This document shows positions 19,121-26,916 of a stretch of DNA of 64,000 nucleotides, in pieces. The notes beneath the pieces are model-generated. The model had not been told where the DNA came from. It ran no database searches and saw nothing but the letters and a program-made list of their open reading frames with translations. This stretch comes from a virus, in IMG/VR virus record IMGVR_UViG_3300037584_002838, positions 29,781 to 93,780 of that record; one strand, 5' to 3'. The position numbers and the translations under genes are program-made. Every line of letters begins with the position of its first letter. The stretch's first letter is position 1.

Positions 19121-19339
19121 TTATTCCTCCTTTTTTACAGGTGGTGGAATCCACCGTGAATTGTACTGAGCGTTATAATCTTCTAAACATGGCTCACACA
19201 ATTTGAAATCTATTACTACTTCATCATAAGTAGTCACCAAATCATATGACGCTCTTAAACCGCATTTAGCGCATTTTGGCACCGGTATTTCCGGTACTCT
19301 TTTTATTTTATTTCTTAACCAATTAAACATCTTAATCAC
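19121..19339 (-). CDS. Small zinc-finger protein
   Basis: CAKC...CEPC; GGTGA RBS. Confidence 0.65.
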   Translation of the reverse strand: MIKMFNWLRNKIKRVPEIPVPKCAKCGLRASYDLVTTYDEVVIDFKLCEPCLEDYNAQYNSRWIPPPVKKEE

Positions 19340-19343
19340 CTAA

Positions 19344-19684
19344 AGGTAGGGGAGAATAGGTTCATGGGTAACAAACCCCACTATTTCATGGCGAACCTGT
19401 AAATCTGCGTATTTACAAGCATGAACACACAACTTTTCCTATTTTTACTTGAAAAACCCCAGAATTGGAAAAAGGACTTATGCTTGCTCAAGATTATTTT
19501 TGTGAGAAGTTGAGATAACCATGCACCGGAAGTACATATTGAAAGTTATTCCTTCTCTAATCCTTTGCCAGCCAAAGATGAGTACCGCTAAGTAGCCCTT
19601 TTTTATTAGCAAACCGTTTCCACAAATCAGTTCGAGAGATAGGAGTAATAGCCCCCAAGACTATCACCAAGATTCTCTCTACCT
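19344..19684 (-). ncRNA. Putative ~340-nt structured non-coding RNA
   Basis: Gene-free gap closed by AGGTAGGGGAGAAT/ATTCTCTCTACCT; several internal helices that use G-U pairs on the minus strand. Confidence 0.6.
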
Positions 19685-19702
19685 AACCCTTTTCGTGTGG
19701 AA

Positions 19703-19846
19703 TCATATCTTTTGATAGGTGATAATACCCACCAACTTACCTCCTACACTTAATCTTATTACATCTTTTTTTATTTCTAAATTAGTAACATCATCAATAT
19801 ATTGTGATGCCCATTCAATCAAATATTCCTTGTGTAACTTTTGCAT
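19703..19846 (-). CDS. 47-aa small protein
   Basis: Manual translation MQKLHKEYLIEWASQY...; GAGGTGA RBS. Confidence 0.55.
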   Translation of the reverse strand: MQKLHKEYLIEWASQYIDDVTNLEIKKDVIRLSVGGKLVGIITYQKI

Positions 19847-19855
19847 TATATCACC

Positions 19856-20191
19856 TCAGAATGTTTTGCCGTGCATAAACTCACGACTTTCATTATATTC
19901 CATTTTAGCAACAATAGCACCTGCAACATCTAAATCTTTACCAAAGGCATAATCCATAATGCGAATTACTGCGTCTGCTAGTTCCTCTTCGAGATTACTA
20001 AACTCCATAATCTTATTTGAAGAAGGATTACCTTCACGCAAAGCCTCTAATGCTTCAGAAATCTCTGCATGAATCAGAGCCATTCTTTCACCATCATTTA
20101 CTTCTTCTTTCCAAAAACCGTGATTAACTGCATTCCTGTAAATCTTCTTTGCCTTCTTATTCCATTCCTTTTCAAAACTCAAATTCTTCAC
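19856..20191 (-). CDS. MazG-like NTP pyrophosphohydrolase
   Basis: LIHAEISEALEA...EEELADAVIR..D...KMEYNESR. Confidence 0.88.
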   Translation of the reverse strand: MKNLSFEKEWNKKAKKIYRNAVNHGFWKEEVNDGERMALIHAEISEALEALREGNPSSNKIMEFSNLEEELADAVIRIMDYAFGKDLDVAGAIVAKMEYNESREFMHGKTF

Positions 20192-20417
20192 CTCTTTTAA
20201 TTGCTAACTTTTCTAATTTAGCCACATGCTTTTTTGGTGCATGTCTTTTTGCCACAACTTGAATCATTGACTTGCAAGTATGTTCTGCTACCGGAATAAC
20301 AGTTGAACAATCAGGACATACCGGCTTTTTTGTTTTATCGCACCTCGTCACTGATTTGTTTTTACCACAGAAATTACAAGTTTCCTTTTTAGTTTCCATA
20401 TTCTTTAATCCTACCAT
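20172..20417 (-). CDS. Small zinc-finger protein
   Basis: CNFC, CD, CPDC. Confidence 0.65.
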   Translation of the reverse strand: MVGLKNMETKKETCNFCGKNKSVTRCDKTKKPVCPDCSTVIPVAEHTCKSMIQVVAKRHAPKKHVAKLEKLAIKRGEEFEF

Positions 20418-20419
20418 AT

Positions 20420-20560
20420 TTATTCCTCCTTACAAATACATCTTGCTTCTAAAGTGCGCTTTGCATCAACAAAATCAACACTACTATGAATATTGTATTT
20501 TGCCGTTGCTTCACAGCCATTACATCTCATTAACATTATTCTTACTTCTCTTCCATTCAT
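20420..20560 (-). CDS. 46-aa Cys-containing protein
   Basis: Manual translation MNGREVRIMLMRCNGC...CICKEE; coupled. Confidence 0.5.
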   Translation of the reverse strand: MNGREVRIMLMRCNGCEATAKYNIHSSVDFVDAKRTLEARCICKEE

Positions 20561-20757
20561 CTAAAATCACCACTTAGAAACTTGTTCGCCCAATCGGAAT
20601 ATCGAGAGAATACAGTAATATCATCACTACTGATTCCCTCGATATTCGTTTCGGGGTCTGTTAGGAATATAACCCTTCTTCGGTCATTGTGCCAAAGGAC
20701 TTCTTTAGTTACACTCCATTCATCTAACGCTTTTGTCATTATCATATACTTATTCAT
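20557..20757 (-). CDS. Hypothetical protein
   Basis: ORF following the helicase. Confidence 0.6.
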   Translation of the reverse strand: MNKYMIMTKALDEWSVTKEVLWHNDRRRVIFLTDPETNIEGISSDDITVFSRYSDWANKFLSGDFR

Positions 20758-20761
20758 ATTA

Positions 20762-22195
20762 TCAACTCTTTGGTCTTGGCCCGCAATAGAATAGATTCTT
20801 CTTTGCTCTAGTAATCGCTACATAGCAAATATTTCTTTCTTCTTTAGGATTTGTAGCCTTTGGATGCGGCATCCTCTCAGTGGCTAAGATATATACATTG
20901 TCAGCCTCAAGACCTTTAGCCTTGTGAACAGTAGACAACATAATCTCTCCTTTGTCATTGTTATCGAATACTCTCTTGATTTCATTTACAATTCCACCAA
21001 CAGTAGTAGCCATAGTAGAGAAAATCTTCAGACATTCAAACTTATCTTCAAGGTTGTTTGCTTGATTGATTTTATCAGCCGCAACCAACTTATCGTAAGT
21101 AAATCTGAAGTCCTGTGTAAGTAAATCTCTAAACTCTTCAGCACCCATATTATCATTCTTGGTAATCTTTCTAACACCATTGATTAGTCCTTTAGTCATA
21201 TCACGACCAAGAACATATGCTGATTTGCCTTGCAGAATCAAATCGTAAAACGCTGAAACTAGAGGCGCATTGTATCTACATAGAACCATGTCACCCTCTT
21301 GAGGATTAAACGGTGCATTTTCAACAACCATTCCAGCATCAGCAGTAGAAGGACAACTAAAGTTTTTGACATATCTATTTGCTTCAGAAACAACATTCTT
21401 AGGACATCTCCAAGTTAGACTTAGAGAAAAACGCTTGATTTCTTTATCGCCTTTTTCTAATCTCTTAACAAATATGTCCATTGAATTAGAATCTGCGCCT
21501 CGGAATCCGTAAATCGCTTGATTTGGGTCGCCCACAATAATACACCTGCCGTTTCCAACACATCTTGAAATCAACTCTCTTTGCATTTCATTGAAGTCTT
21601 GTGCTTCATCAACAAATAGAGTATCAAAGGTAGGTAATGGCATATTTAATACCAAAGGTAGCCAAATCATATCATCAAAATCAATCAATGAAGTATTCTG
21701 CTTGCATTGATTCAAGATTGCTGGAATACTATCAATTGCTATTAACTCTTCACGGTCTGAATTAAACTCGATATTGTATTCATCAATTAGTGAATAAATA
21801 CCTTTTGTGTCCTTTTCATCAATCATGGAACCTTTAATTAAACTAATCAACTTAATTAGTGGTTGAGCATAAAAGTCACGACCAAGTATATCATCAATAA
21901 TATTCTTAACTTTGAAGTTATTGACTTTTGTTCTAATACCTGCGGCTCTTAATGCAGCAAAGCCCAATGCGTGAAATGTTTTTACTTCTACATCATCCGG
22001 TAGTCTTTCTGCTAATTCTAACTGAATAGATTTGTTAAATGCTAAGAATGCTTTCTTTACACCACTATCTCTATTTGCGCCCTCTACAATTGTGAATGTT
22101 TTACCAACACCTGCGCCAGCATTAACTATAATGTGACCTGTGCCGTTTTGGATTTCATCCCATATTGCGTCTTGTTCTTTTGTTCCTGTTACCAT
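20762..22195 (-). CDS. uvrD: UvrD/Rep superfamily 1 helicase
   Basis: AGAGVGKT, TFHALG, VDEAQD, VGDPNQAIYGFRGA, STVHKAKGLE, YVAITRAK. Confidence 0.95.
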   Translation of the reverse strand: MVTGTKEQDAIWDEIQNGTGHIIVNAGAGVGKTFTIVEGANRDSGVKKAFLAFNKSIQLELAERLPDDVEVKTFHALGFAALRAAGIRTKVNNFKVKNIIDDILGRDFYAQPLIKLISLIKGSMIDEKDTKGIYSLIDEYNIEFNSDREELIAIDSIPAILNQCKQNTSLIDFDDMIWLPLVLNMPLPTFDTLFVDEAQDFNEMQRELISRCVGNGRCIIVGDPNQAIYGFRGADSNSMDIFVKRLEKGDKEIKRFSLSLTWRCPKNVVSEANRYVKNFSCPSTADAGMVVENAPFNPQEGDMVLCRYNAPLVSAFYDLILQGKSAYVLGRDMTKGLINGVRKITKNDNMGAEEFRDLLTQDFRFTYDKLVAADKINQANNLEDKFECLKIFSTMATTVGGIVNEIKRVFDNNDKGEIMLSTVHKAKGLEADNVYILATERMPHPKATNPKEERNICYVAITRAKKNLFYCGPRPKS

Positions 22196-22233
22196 TTTTA
22201 TTCCTCATTTTTATTTTTATTGCTTTTTGGAAA

Positions 22234-22420
22234 GGCCACTTTCTCAGTAGGCCGAATCGTGTAATTTTTTACACTTGAATAGGTGGGAGAAGGAGAACGA
22301 TAAATTTGTTTAATTAAACGGTTATATCAATACCTCTTTTGTAGCCCTTGTTCTCAACTTCTCCCGTTGTTGATGAAAAGCATCACAATTATGTGTGAAA
22401 CCCCAATAACACACGATTAC
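22234..22420 (-). ncRNA. Structured leader or small RNA upstream of the helicase operon
   Basis: Closing stem AATCGTGT/ACACGATT, inner GGGAGAAG-GAGAAC/GTTCTC-CTTCTCCC; TATA at ~22450. Confidence 0.45.
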
Positions 22421-22528
22421 TTCTTCACCGGTACTATGGGGTGGGGGAGTATATAAGGGGGTGGAAGGTCGGGCGACCCCCTCTGATTGAGTAAGAAATG
22501 TCTAACAATAGGGCTACAATCTACAATT

Positions 22529-22567
22529 AAAAAAAGCCCCTCACCGGTACGAATACCGATGGGGGGC
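22529..22567 (-). terminator. Hairpin (UUCG loop) plus oligo-T terminator
   Basis: GCCCC..CGGTA CGAA TACCG..GGGGC after an A-tract. Confidence 0.65.
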
Positions 22568-22608
22568 AAAGTCCCGTTAGGGCGAAACAATACTGTCAAA
22601 AGACAATA

Positions 22609-23085
22609 TCATTCTTCAGTATCAGAACCAAGAAGTGACTCTATTGAGCCATCCCAAGCACCGGTCTTGAACTGCTTTGAAAGAGCATTTCGCACCTTCT
22701 TAGATTGTGCCTTAGCATAATCTTCAGCCGATTCAAAAGTTCCGCCGCCGGACTTAGCGTGTTTTAGCGTAACTGCGCTAATAACGCCATCGTAGTTGTA
22801 ATACGCCATAGACGCTTCTTCTACAACATTACAAATCCTGTCAATTGCCACTCTAATAGCGGCAGGTACAGCACTTCTTTGTCCTCTTCGCCCAAGTGGA
22901 GAACCGTCACGACCTTTCAGTAATGCCTTTAGAGCATTAGCCGCCGCTTCTCTTTCATTTGGGTTATCCTGTCCGACTTGAAGATGCAATTCAACAACTT
23001 GTTTCAAAGCACCATCAAGGCTTTCATCTGCATTTAGGTAATCTGTGACCTCGATAACGAGGCTATCCCACTTTACTTCATCCAT
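22609..23085 (-). CDS. Cassette-family protein, paralog 1 (start MDEVKW)
   Basis: Shares KW..., ER, SP..RRG, H.KSGG and WDG motifs with the 26917 and 28561 genes. Confidence 0.85.
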   Translation of the reverse strand: MDEVKWDSLVIEVTDYLNADESLDGALKQVVELHLQVGQDNPNEREAAANALKALLKGRDGSPLGRRGQRSAVPAAIRVAIDRICNVVEEASMAYYNYDGVISAVTLKHAKSGGGTFESAEDYAKAQSKKVRNALSKQFKTGAWDGSIESLLGSDTEE

Positions 23086-23122
23086 ATTCTCATATCCTAG
23101 CCCCCGACTTAGGGGGCACAAA

Positions 23123-23147
23123 CTCTCTATGTTCTACCCATATATAA
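23123..23147 (-). promoter_or_regulatory. TATA promoter TTATATA-N6-GAACATAGAGAG
   Basis: Duplicate of 16619-16643. Confidence 0.7.
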
Positions 23148-23149
23148 AG

Positions 23150-23750
23150 GGAGGGAAATGCTTTTTCTGACAATAGATTCCATTTTGAAAGTGCCTGAAA
23201 TCGAGGGTTTATGTTTTTAATACTAAATTAATTGCTTATTTTCAACGGTGGAAAGATTATTCCACCGGAATAAAAAACGGAAAAAAAATCCATCAAGAAA
23301 CTAAAGGTTTGTGCAACATAGCCCTGAAGATTCTTAGGGTTTTGACATTATTCCATTATTCCACTGTAAATACCCCCCCCACTCTCTCTATAAATCTGAC
23401 ATAGCCCTAAAGAAACAAAGGGGAAGTGCAAGGGGGTGTGTGAGATAGTATTAGAATAGAATAGAATAATAGAATAATAGAATATTATTAAAACTAAGGG
23501 GTTGTGTTACACAACCCTCCAATTTCTCAAAATCTATTCCACTATGGGGTGGAAACTTCAGTGGAAACATCTTTTGGATTATATATTATATTGTATAACA
23601 TATGTATATGGTATGACTATAACTTATATTATACGGTCAATTGAAAGCCATACTTAGAAACATAGTTATTCTATGGTGGTTAAAAATTAGTACCAAACAA
23701 TCGCTCGATAAGACTATTGTTCTTGGTTATTCCTGCTTTGTCAAACGGAA
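23150..23750. other. Non-coding repeat-rich AT-rich region, candidate replication origin
   Basis: (TAGAA/TAATAGAA)n at 23452-23485, many TTCCA/TGGAA, hairpin GGGTTGTGT-T-ACACAACCC, AT tract 23578-23632; near the strand switch. Confidence 0.4.
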
Positions 23751-23758
23751 TAACCTTG

Positions 23759-23799
23759 AAAAAAAGGAGGCAAATGGGGTTTTACCCCCATTTACCTCC
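23759..23799 (-). terminator. Hairpin plus oligo-T terminator
   Basis: GGAGG.AAATGGGG/CCCCATTT.CCTCC after an A-tract. Confidence 0.7.
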
Positions 23800-23827
23800 G
23801 AAATACCCGTCGTATAACATCACCTCC

Positions 23828-24007
23828 TTAGAATACTTCATATTCGTCGACTAATATCTCTCTGTATGTTTTGCTTCTTTCTTTGATTAGGTAGCACTTT
23901 TTACACCAATCCGTGTGTACTAATGTTACTATGTTATCATATCCATCATAGAAATAAGTAATTTTAGGCGCATAACGCTTCCAATGATGTTGGCATTTTT
24001 TTGTCAT
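23828..24007 (-). CDS. 59-aa Cys/His protein
   Basis: Manual translation MTKKCQHHW...WCKKC...; coupled start. Confidence 0.6.
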   Translation of the reverse strand: MTKKCQHHWKRYAPKITYFYDGYDNIVTLVHTDWCKKCYLIKERSKTYREILVDEYEVF

Positions 24008-24189
24008 TCTTCTTCATCTCCAAATATGGCGGGTTTGACATCTGAAATTGGGTGACTCTCAATTTTGTAGCCGCCTAACACTAAATTAACCATTTGCATG
24101 TTTAGCATGAATTTCATGTCCTCTTTGTTATCAGCCCAAAAATGAGCGACCTTGCCTATTATAATAAAATCAGTTCTTCCTTTTGGCAT
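24004..24189 (-). CDS. Hypothetical protein (start MPKGRT)
   Basis: GGAGG RBS before the internal ATG of the track ORF. Confidence 0.6.
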   Translation of the reverse strand: MPKGRTDFIIIGKVAHFWADNKEDMKFMLNMQMVNLVLGGYKIESHPISDVKPAIFGDEEE

Positions 24190-24191
24190 AC

Positions 24192-24554
24192 TTATTCCTC
24201 CTTTTCTTCCTCTTCTTTGGGCCATAGTGGTTCCCCTGTAATGATGGACTTGAAATTAGGGTCGAAACCTTGACTGATGACCAATAACTGTGTTAATTTG
24301 TCATTTTCAAGCAATATCTCTTTGATGTATTCTTCTATCTCTTCAAATTGAGAAAAGTCCATCTCGTAGCCTATTCCGGTTTCGCCTATCCATTCAATAT
24401 AATTGAATATATTATCAAAGTCCTCCATAGTTTTAGGAACATACTGCAATCCTCCTGAAGTTTCTCTCATATGTTCCTCATTGTCCCTACAATAGCAGTT
24501 TAGGGTTCTAGTGCATTTTGGGCATTCTGTTTTAATTCCGAAGTTAATACTCAT
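24192..24554 (-). CDS. Zinc-finger-containing protein (start MSINFG)
   Basis: AGGTGA RBS; CPKC..CYC; the upstream extension in the track crosses regulatory hairpins. Confidence 0.65.
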   Translation of the reverse strand: MSINFGIKTECPKCTRTLNCYCRDNEEHMRETSGGLQYVPKTMEDFDNIFNYIEWIGETGIGYEMDFSQFEEIEEYIKEILLENDKLTQLLVISQGFDPNFKSIITGEPLWPKEEEEKEE

Positions 24555-24667
24555 TCTTTTCACCTTTTTTCTTATTAATAGTGGCCCGTTCAAATAATTC
24601 CGGTTATTTTCCGTGATTTCCCGATTATTTCCCGAACTGTTATTATCCAAAATACGGGTATATACAG

Positions 24668-24726
24668 GGTAGTCAAAGTAACTACCATATGGTTTGGTAG
24701 TGTTCTTTGAAGGAACGGTACGAACC
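24668..24726. repeat. Dyad hairpin site 1 (CCATATGG core 24685-24692)
   Basis: GGTAGT-CAAAGTA-ACTACC ATAT GGTT...CTTTG...AACC. Confidence 0.85.
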
Positions 24727-24728
24727 AT

Positions 24729-24779
24729 AAAAAAATGAAGATTGATGGAGGGCCAATGTAAGTCACCCTCCATCAATCT
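24729..24779 (-). terminator. Long 3' hairpin with loop CCAATGTAAGTCA plus oligo-T
   Basis: 14-bp perfect stem AGATTGATGGAGGG/CCCTCCATCAATCT. Confidence 0.75.
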
Positions 24780-24790
24780 CAAGCACCTAT

Positions 24791-25075
24791 TCAAACAGGT
24801 GCCTCATCCAAATATGCTCTGAGTTCTCTCAGTTGCTCATAGTGTGCATCCTTCCTGAGTATTCCTTGACATGCAAAGTACAGTAAGTGCATGTTGTTGT
24901 CTAAAGCATCTTGAAATTCTTCTTCAGTCATTTCCAACTCAATCCAATAAAACTCGTAATTTTGCATGAATGAGTTGATGATGTGCGCTCTGCGGTCTAG
25001 TTTTGCTTGGCGCATTAACTCCATAACATTCACTTCTTCTTCAGTAGGCTCAGATGGCATTTTTTTTCTGCTCAT
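24791..25075 (-). CDS. Cassette gene, hypothetical
   Basis: Single ORF between sites 1 and 2 with own TATA and terminator. Confidence 0.75.
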   Translation of the reverse strand: MSRKKMPSEPTEEEVNVMELMRQAKLDRRAHIINSFMQNYEFYWIELEMTEEEFQDALDNNMHLLYFACQGILRKDAHYEQLRELRAYLDEAPV

Positions 25076-25102
25076 ACTAATATGGAATAATTCAGGATAT
25101 AA

Positions 25103-25161
25103 GGTAACATCAAAGTTAATGTTACCATATGGTTGTAATCACTTTGAATAGCATTACAACC
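25103..25161. repeat. Dyad hairpin site 2 (core 25125-25132)
   Basis: GGTAACAT-CAAAGTTA-ATGTTACC ATAT GGTTGTAAT-CACTTTGAATAGC-ATTACAACC. Confidence 0.9.
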
Positions 25162-25174
25162 CTCAAAAAAAATA

Positions 25175-25617
25175 ATGAAAAAACGCCGCCTACTTTGAAT
25201 CTCGGACTCACAACGCTCAATTGCAGGGGCTTTAGCATACTTTGTTTTCACCTTGAACCGGTATTGGTGTTGCTGGTATGCTAATTCCTATGAGCGAATA
25301 ACTGCCTTTTTCGTTTCGGCTTTGTTTCTTCATATGAGAATGTGAAGTGGTGAATTGGATTGAGTACCAATAACAATGATAGGATTCACTCCCACTGAGT
25401 TAGCAACGCTCACATTTCATATATGAGCCATTGTACCACGATTATCCATGTCATCAGTTAATGACATCCCTTTTGAGGTTGAAGGACTTTCTTAGAGGTT
25501 ATTGCTCACCCATACGGGCATTACACTAACATAAGCCGAAACTACTCGGAACCGTGTGCGTTATCCCCGTCACAAAAGGATATTCCGCCATCACCGTGTC
25601 GAGGTGCCCCCCGACAT
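25175..25617 (-). ncRNA. Putative ~440-nt highly structured non-coding RNA cassette
   Basis: No ORF of 60 aa or more; TATA at ~25640, oligo-T end at ~25165-25182; nested helices GTTTCGGCTT/AAGCCGAAAC, TTAGCATAC/GTATGCTAA, CGCTCA/TGAGCG, ATGTCAT/ATGACAT; G-U pairs on the minus strand. Confidence 0.7.
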
Positions 25618-25645
25618 TAATTTATGACGGTAATGGGATATATAG

Positions 25646-25686
25646 GGTATTCAAAGTTAATACCATATGGTTGTACTTTGAAAACC
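25646..25686. repeat. Dyad hairpin site 3 (core 25663-25670)
   Basis: GGTATT-CAAAGTT-AATACC ATAT GGTT-GTACTTTGAA-AACC; divergent TATA boxes on both sides. Confidence 0.9.
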
Positions 25687-25704
25687 CTATTATAACCCCT
25701 TATA

Positions 25705-26190
25705 ATGGGTATTAACATGGTAAAAGTAGAAGTAACAACTAATCCACATATACACGACGATAACACAGTACAAAAAACAACTACTTTCAGTTGCGAAACG
25801 AAAGAAGAGTTTGTTAAGATGTGGGAAGATAGAAAATACAGTCCAAAGTCAAGGAATATTAATTGGTCTGCAAATATTGACACACTTCAAATAATGGCTA
25901 AAGAATGGATTGATTTCAAAGATGTCCTATTCCCTCCTGAAGTTGAAGAGTACATACCTACTGAAGTTGATAAGAGGGCGGCTAAGATTTTTCAAATCGA
26001 AACATGGATGGAAAACAACCCTCAATTTCACGAAACCGAGAATTGGCCTATTATTGAGTATTGTATTGAGAGGATGAATGTAGTCGGACACACCAATCCT
26101 GAATTGTTTGATAATATAATGGCTCTATTCATTCTTAATTCAAGACATTACAACCCTGCATGTTTTTACAGGGGGGATGAAGAAGAATGA
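25705..26190 (+). CDS. Cassette gene, hypothetical
   Basis: ORF after site 3 with TATA. Confidence 0.8.
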   Translation: MGINMVKVEVTTNPHIHDDNTVQKTTTFSCETKEEFVKMWEDRKYSPKSRNINWSANIDTLQIMAKEWIDFKDVLFPPEVEEYIPTEVDKRAAKIFQIETWMENNPQFHETENWPIIEYCIERMNVVGHTNPELFDNIMALFILNSRHYNPACFYRGDEEE

Positions 26191-26318
26191 GTTGCTATGA
26201 CTGTGGAAGTAATAAACTAGAGATTGAAGAGAGTTATACAGGCACTTGGTTCATTTGCTGTAAAGAATGCAAATGGGTCGAGATATACGATTTGTATAAA
26301 GCAGATAATGTTGAGTAA
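26187..26318 (+). CDS. 43-aa zinc-ribbon protein
   Basis: Manual translation MSCYDCGSNKLEIEESYTGTWFICCKECKWVEIYDLYKADNVE; ATGA coupling. Confidence 0.7.
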   Translation: MSCYDCGSNKLEIEESYTGTWFICCKECKWVEIYDLYKADNVE

Positions 26319-26354
26319 AGGGGATTGGGGCTTTCGCCCCATCCTCTTTTTTTT
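26319..26354 (+). terminator. Hairpin plus oligo-T terminator
   Basis: GGGGC-TTTC-GCCCC extended stem followed by T8. Confidence 0.75.
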
Positions 26355-26361
26355 GGAACAG

Positions 26362-26416
26362 GGTATTTCAAAGTACATACCATATGGTTTGAGATACTTT
26401 GAATAATTCTCAAACC
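26362..26416. repeat. Dyad hairpin site 4 (core 26380-26387)
   Basis: GGTAT..CAAAGT..ATACC ATAT GGTTTGAGA-TACTTTGAATAAT-TCTCAAACC. Confidence 0.9.
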
Positions 26417-26419
26417 CCT

Positions 26420-26469
26420 AAAAAAAATGAAAACCGGATAGGGGCCAATGTAAGTCACCCCTATCCGGT
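26420..26469 (-). terminator. Long 3' hairpin with loop CCAATGTAAGTCA plus oligo-T
   Basis: 12-bp stem ACCGGATAGGGG/CCCCTATCCGGT. Confidence 0.75.
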
Positions 26470-26481
26470 AATGAATCCAAC

Positions 26482-26742
26482 TCACTTGTCGGATTCAGTA
26501 ATCAATGAGCGAATCTTCTTCGCTTCAGTCTTAAATGCCTTGATTGCTGGCATTACTTGACCTAATACTCTGAAGTTGCAAGTGCCGTCTAAATCGAGCC
26601 TATCGACTCTTAGACCGTATCTGCTGTTCATTCTAGCCAAGAATCTGAGGATTCTTGGTGCTTCTTGTGCTGCTTGTCCACAAAACTCGGCATTTATGCT
26701 ACCGTGCCCTGTTTCAATATCTACATTTACATTTAATGACAT
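26482..26742 (-). CDS. Cassette gene, hypothetical
   Basis: Single ORF between sites 4 and 5; GAGGTG RBS. Confidence 0.75.
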   Translation of the reverse strand: MSLNVNVDIETGHGSINAEFCGQAAQEAPRILRFLARMNSRYGLRVDRLDLDGTCNFRVLGQVMPAIKAFKTEAKKIRSLITESDK

Positions 26743-26787
26743 ATTTACACCTCTTGGTACTATTATGAGATATTAGTGCTTATATCG

Positions 26788-26843
26788 GGGCTTCAAAGTT
26801 AAGCCCATATGGTTGTAACTTTGTTCATGCGAAGCACTTGACC
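26788..26843. repeat. Dyad hairpin site 5 (core 26805-26812)
   Basis: GGGCTT-CAAAGTT-AAGCCC ATAT GGTT..ACTTTG..TGCGAAGCA..GACC. Confidence 0.85.
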
Positions 26844-26916
26844 CTATATAGGCAATTGGACTCGATATTAGTACCTCAAGGGGATTGAGGATAATAACGG
26901 AGAATAGGTGATTACT

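Noticed and set aside
22430-22600. GC-rich hairpins considered as tRNA
   Set aside because: No cloverleaf or TTCRA T-loop; explained as terminator and promoter-proximal hairpins. No tRNA was recognised anywhere in the window.
24555-24794. N-terminal 80-aa extension of the track ORF 24192..24794
   Set aside because: Runs through a terminator hairpin, site 1 and a promoter; a good RBS precedes ATG 24554.
25480-25545. RNase P RNA-like words (GAAAGUCC and CGGCUUA) in the cassette ncRNA
   Set aside because: They occur in the wrong order, P2/P3 context is missing, and CGGCUU has a better partner at 25313-25322.
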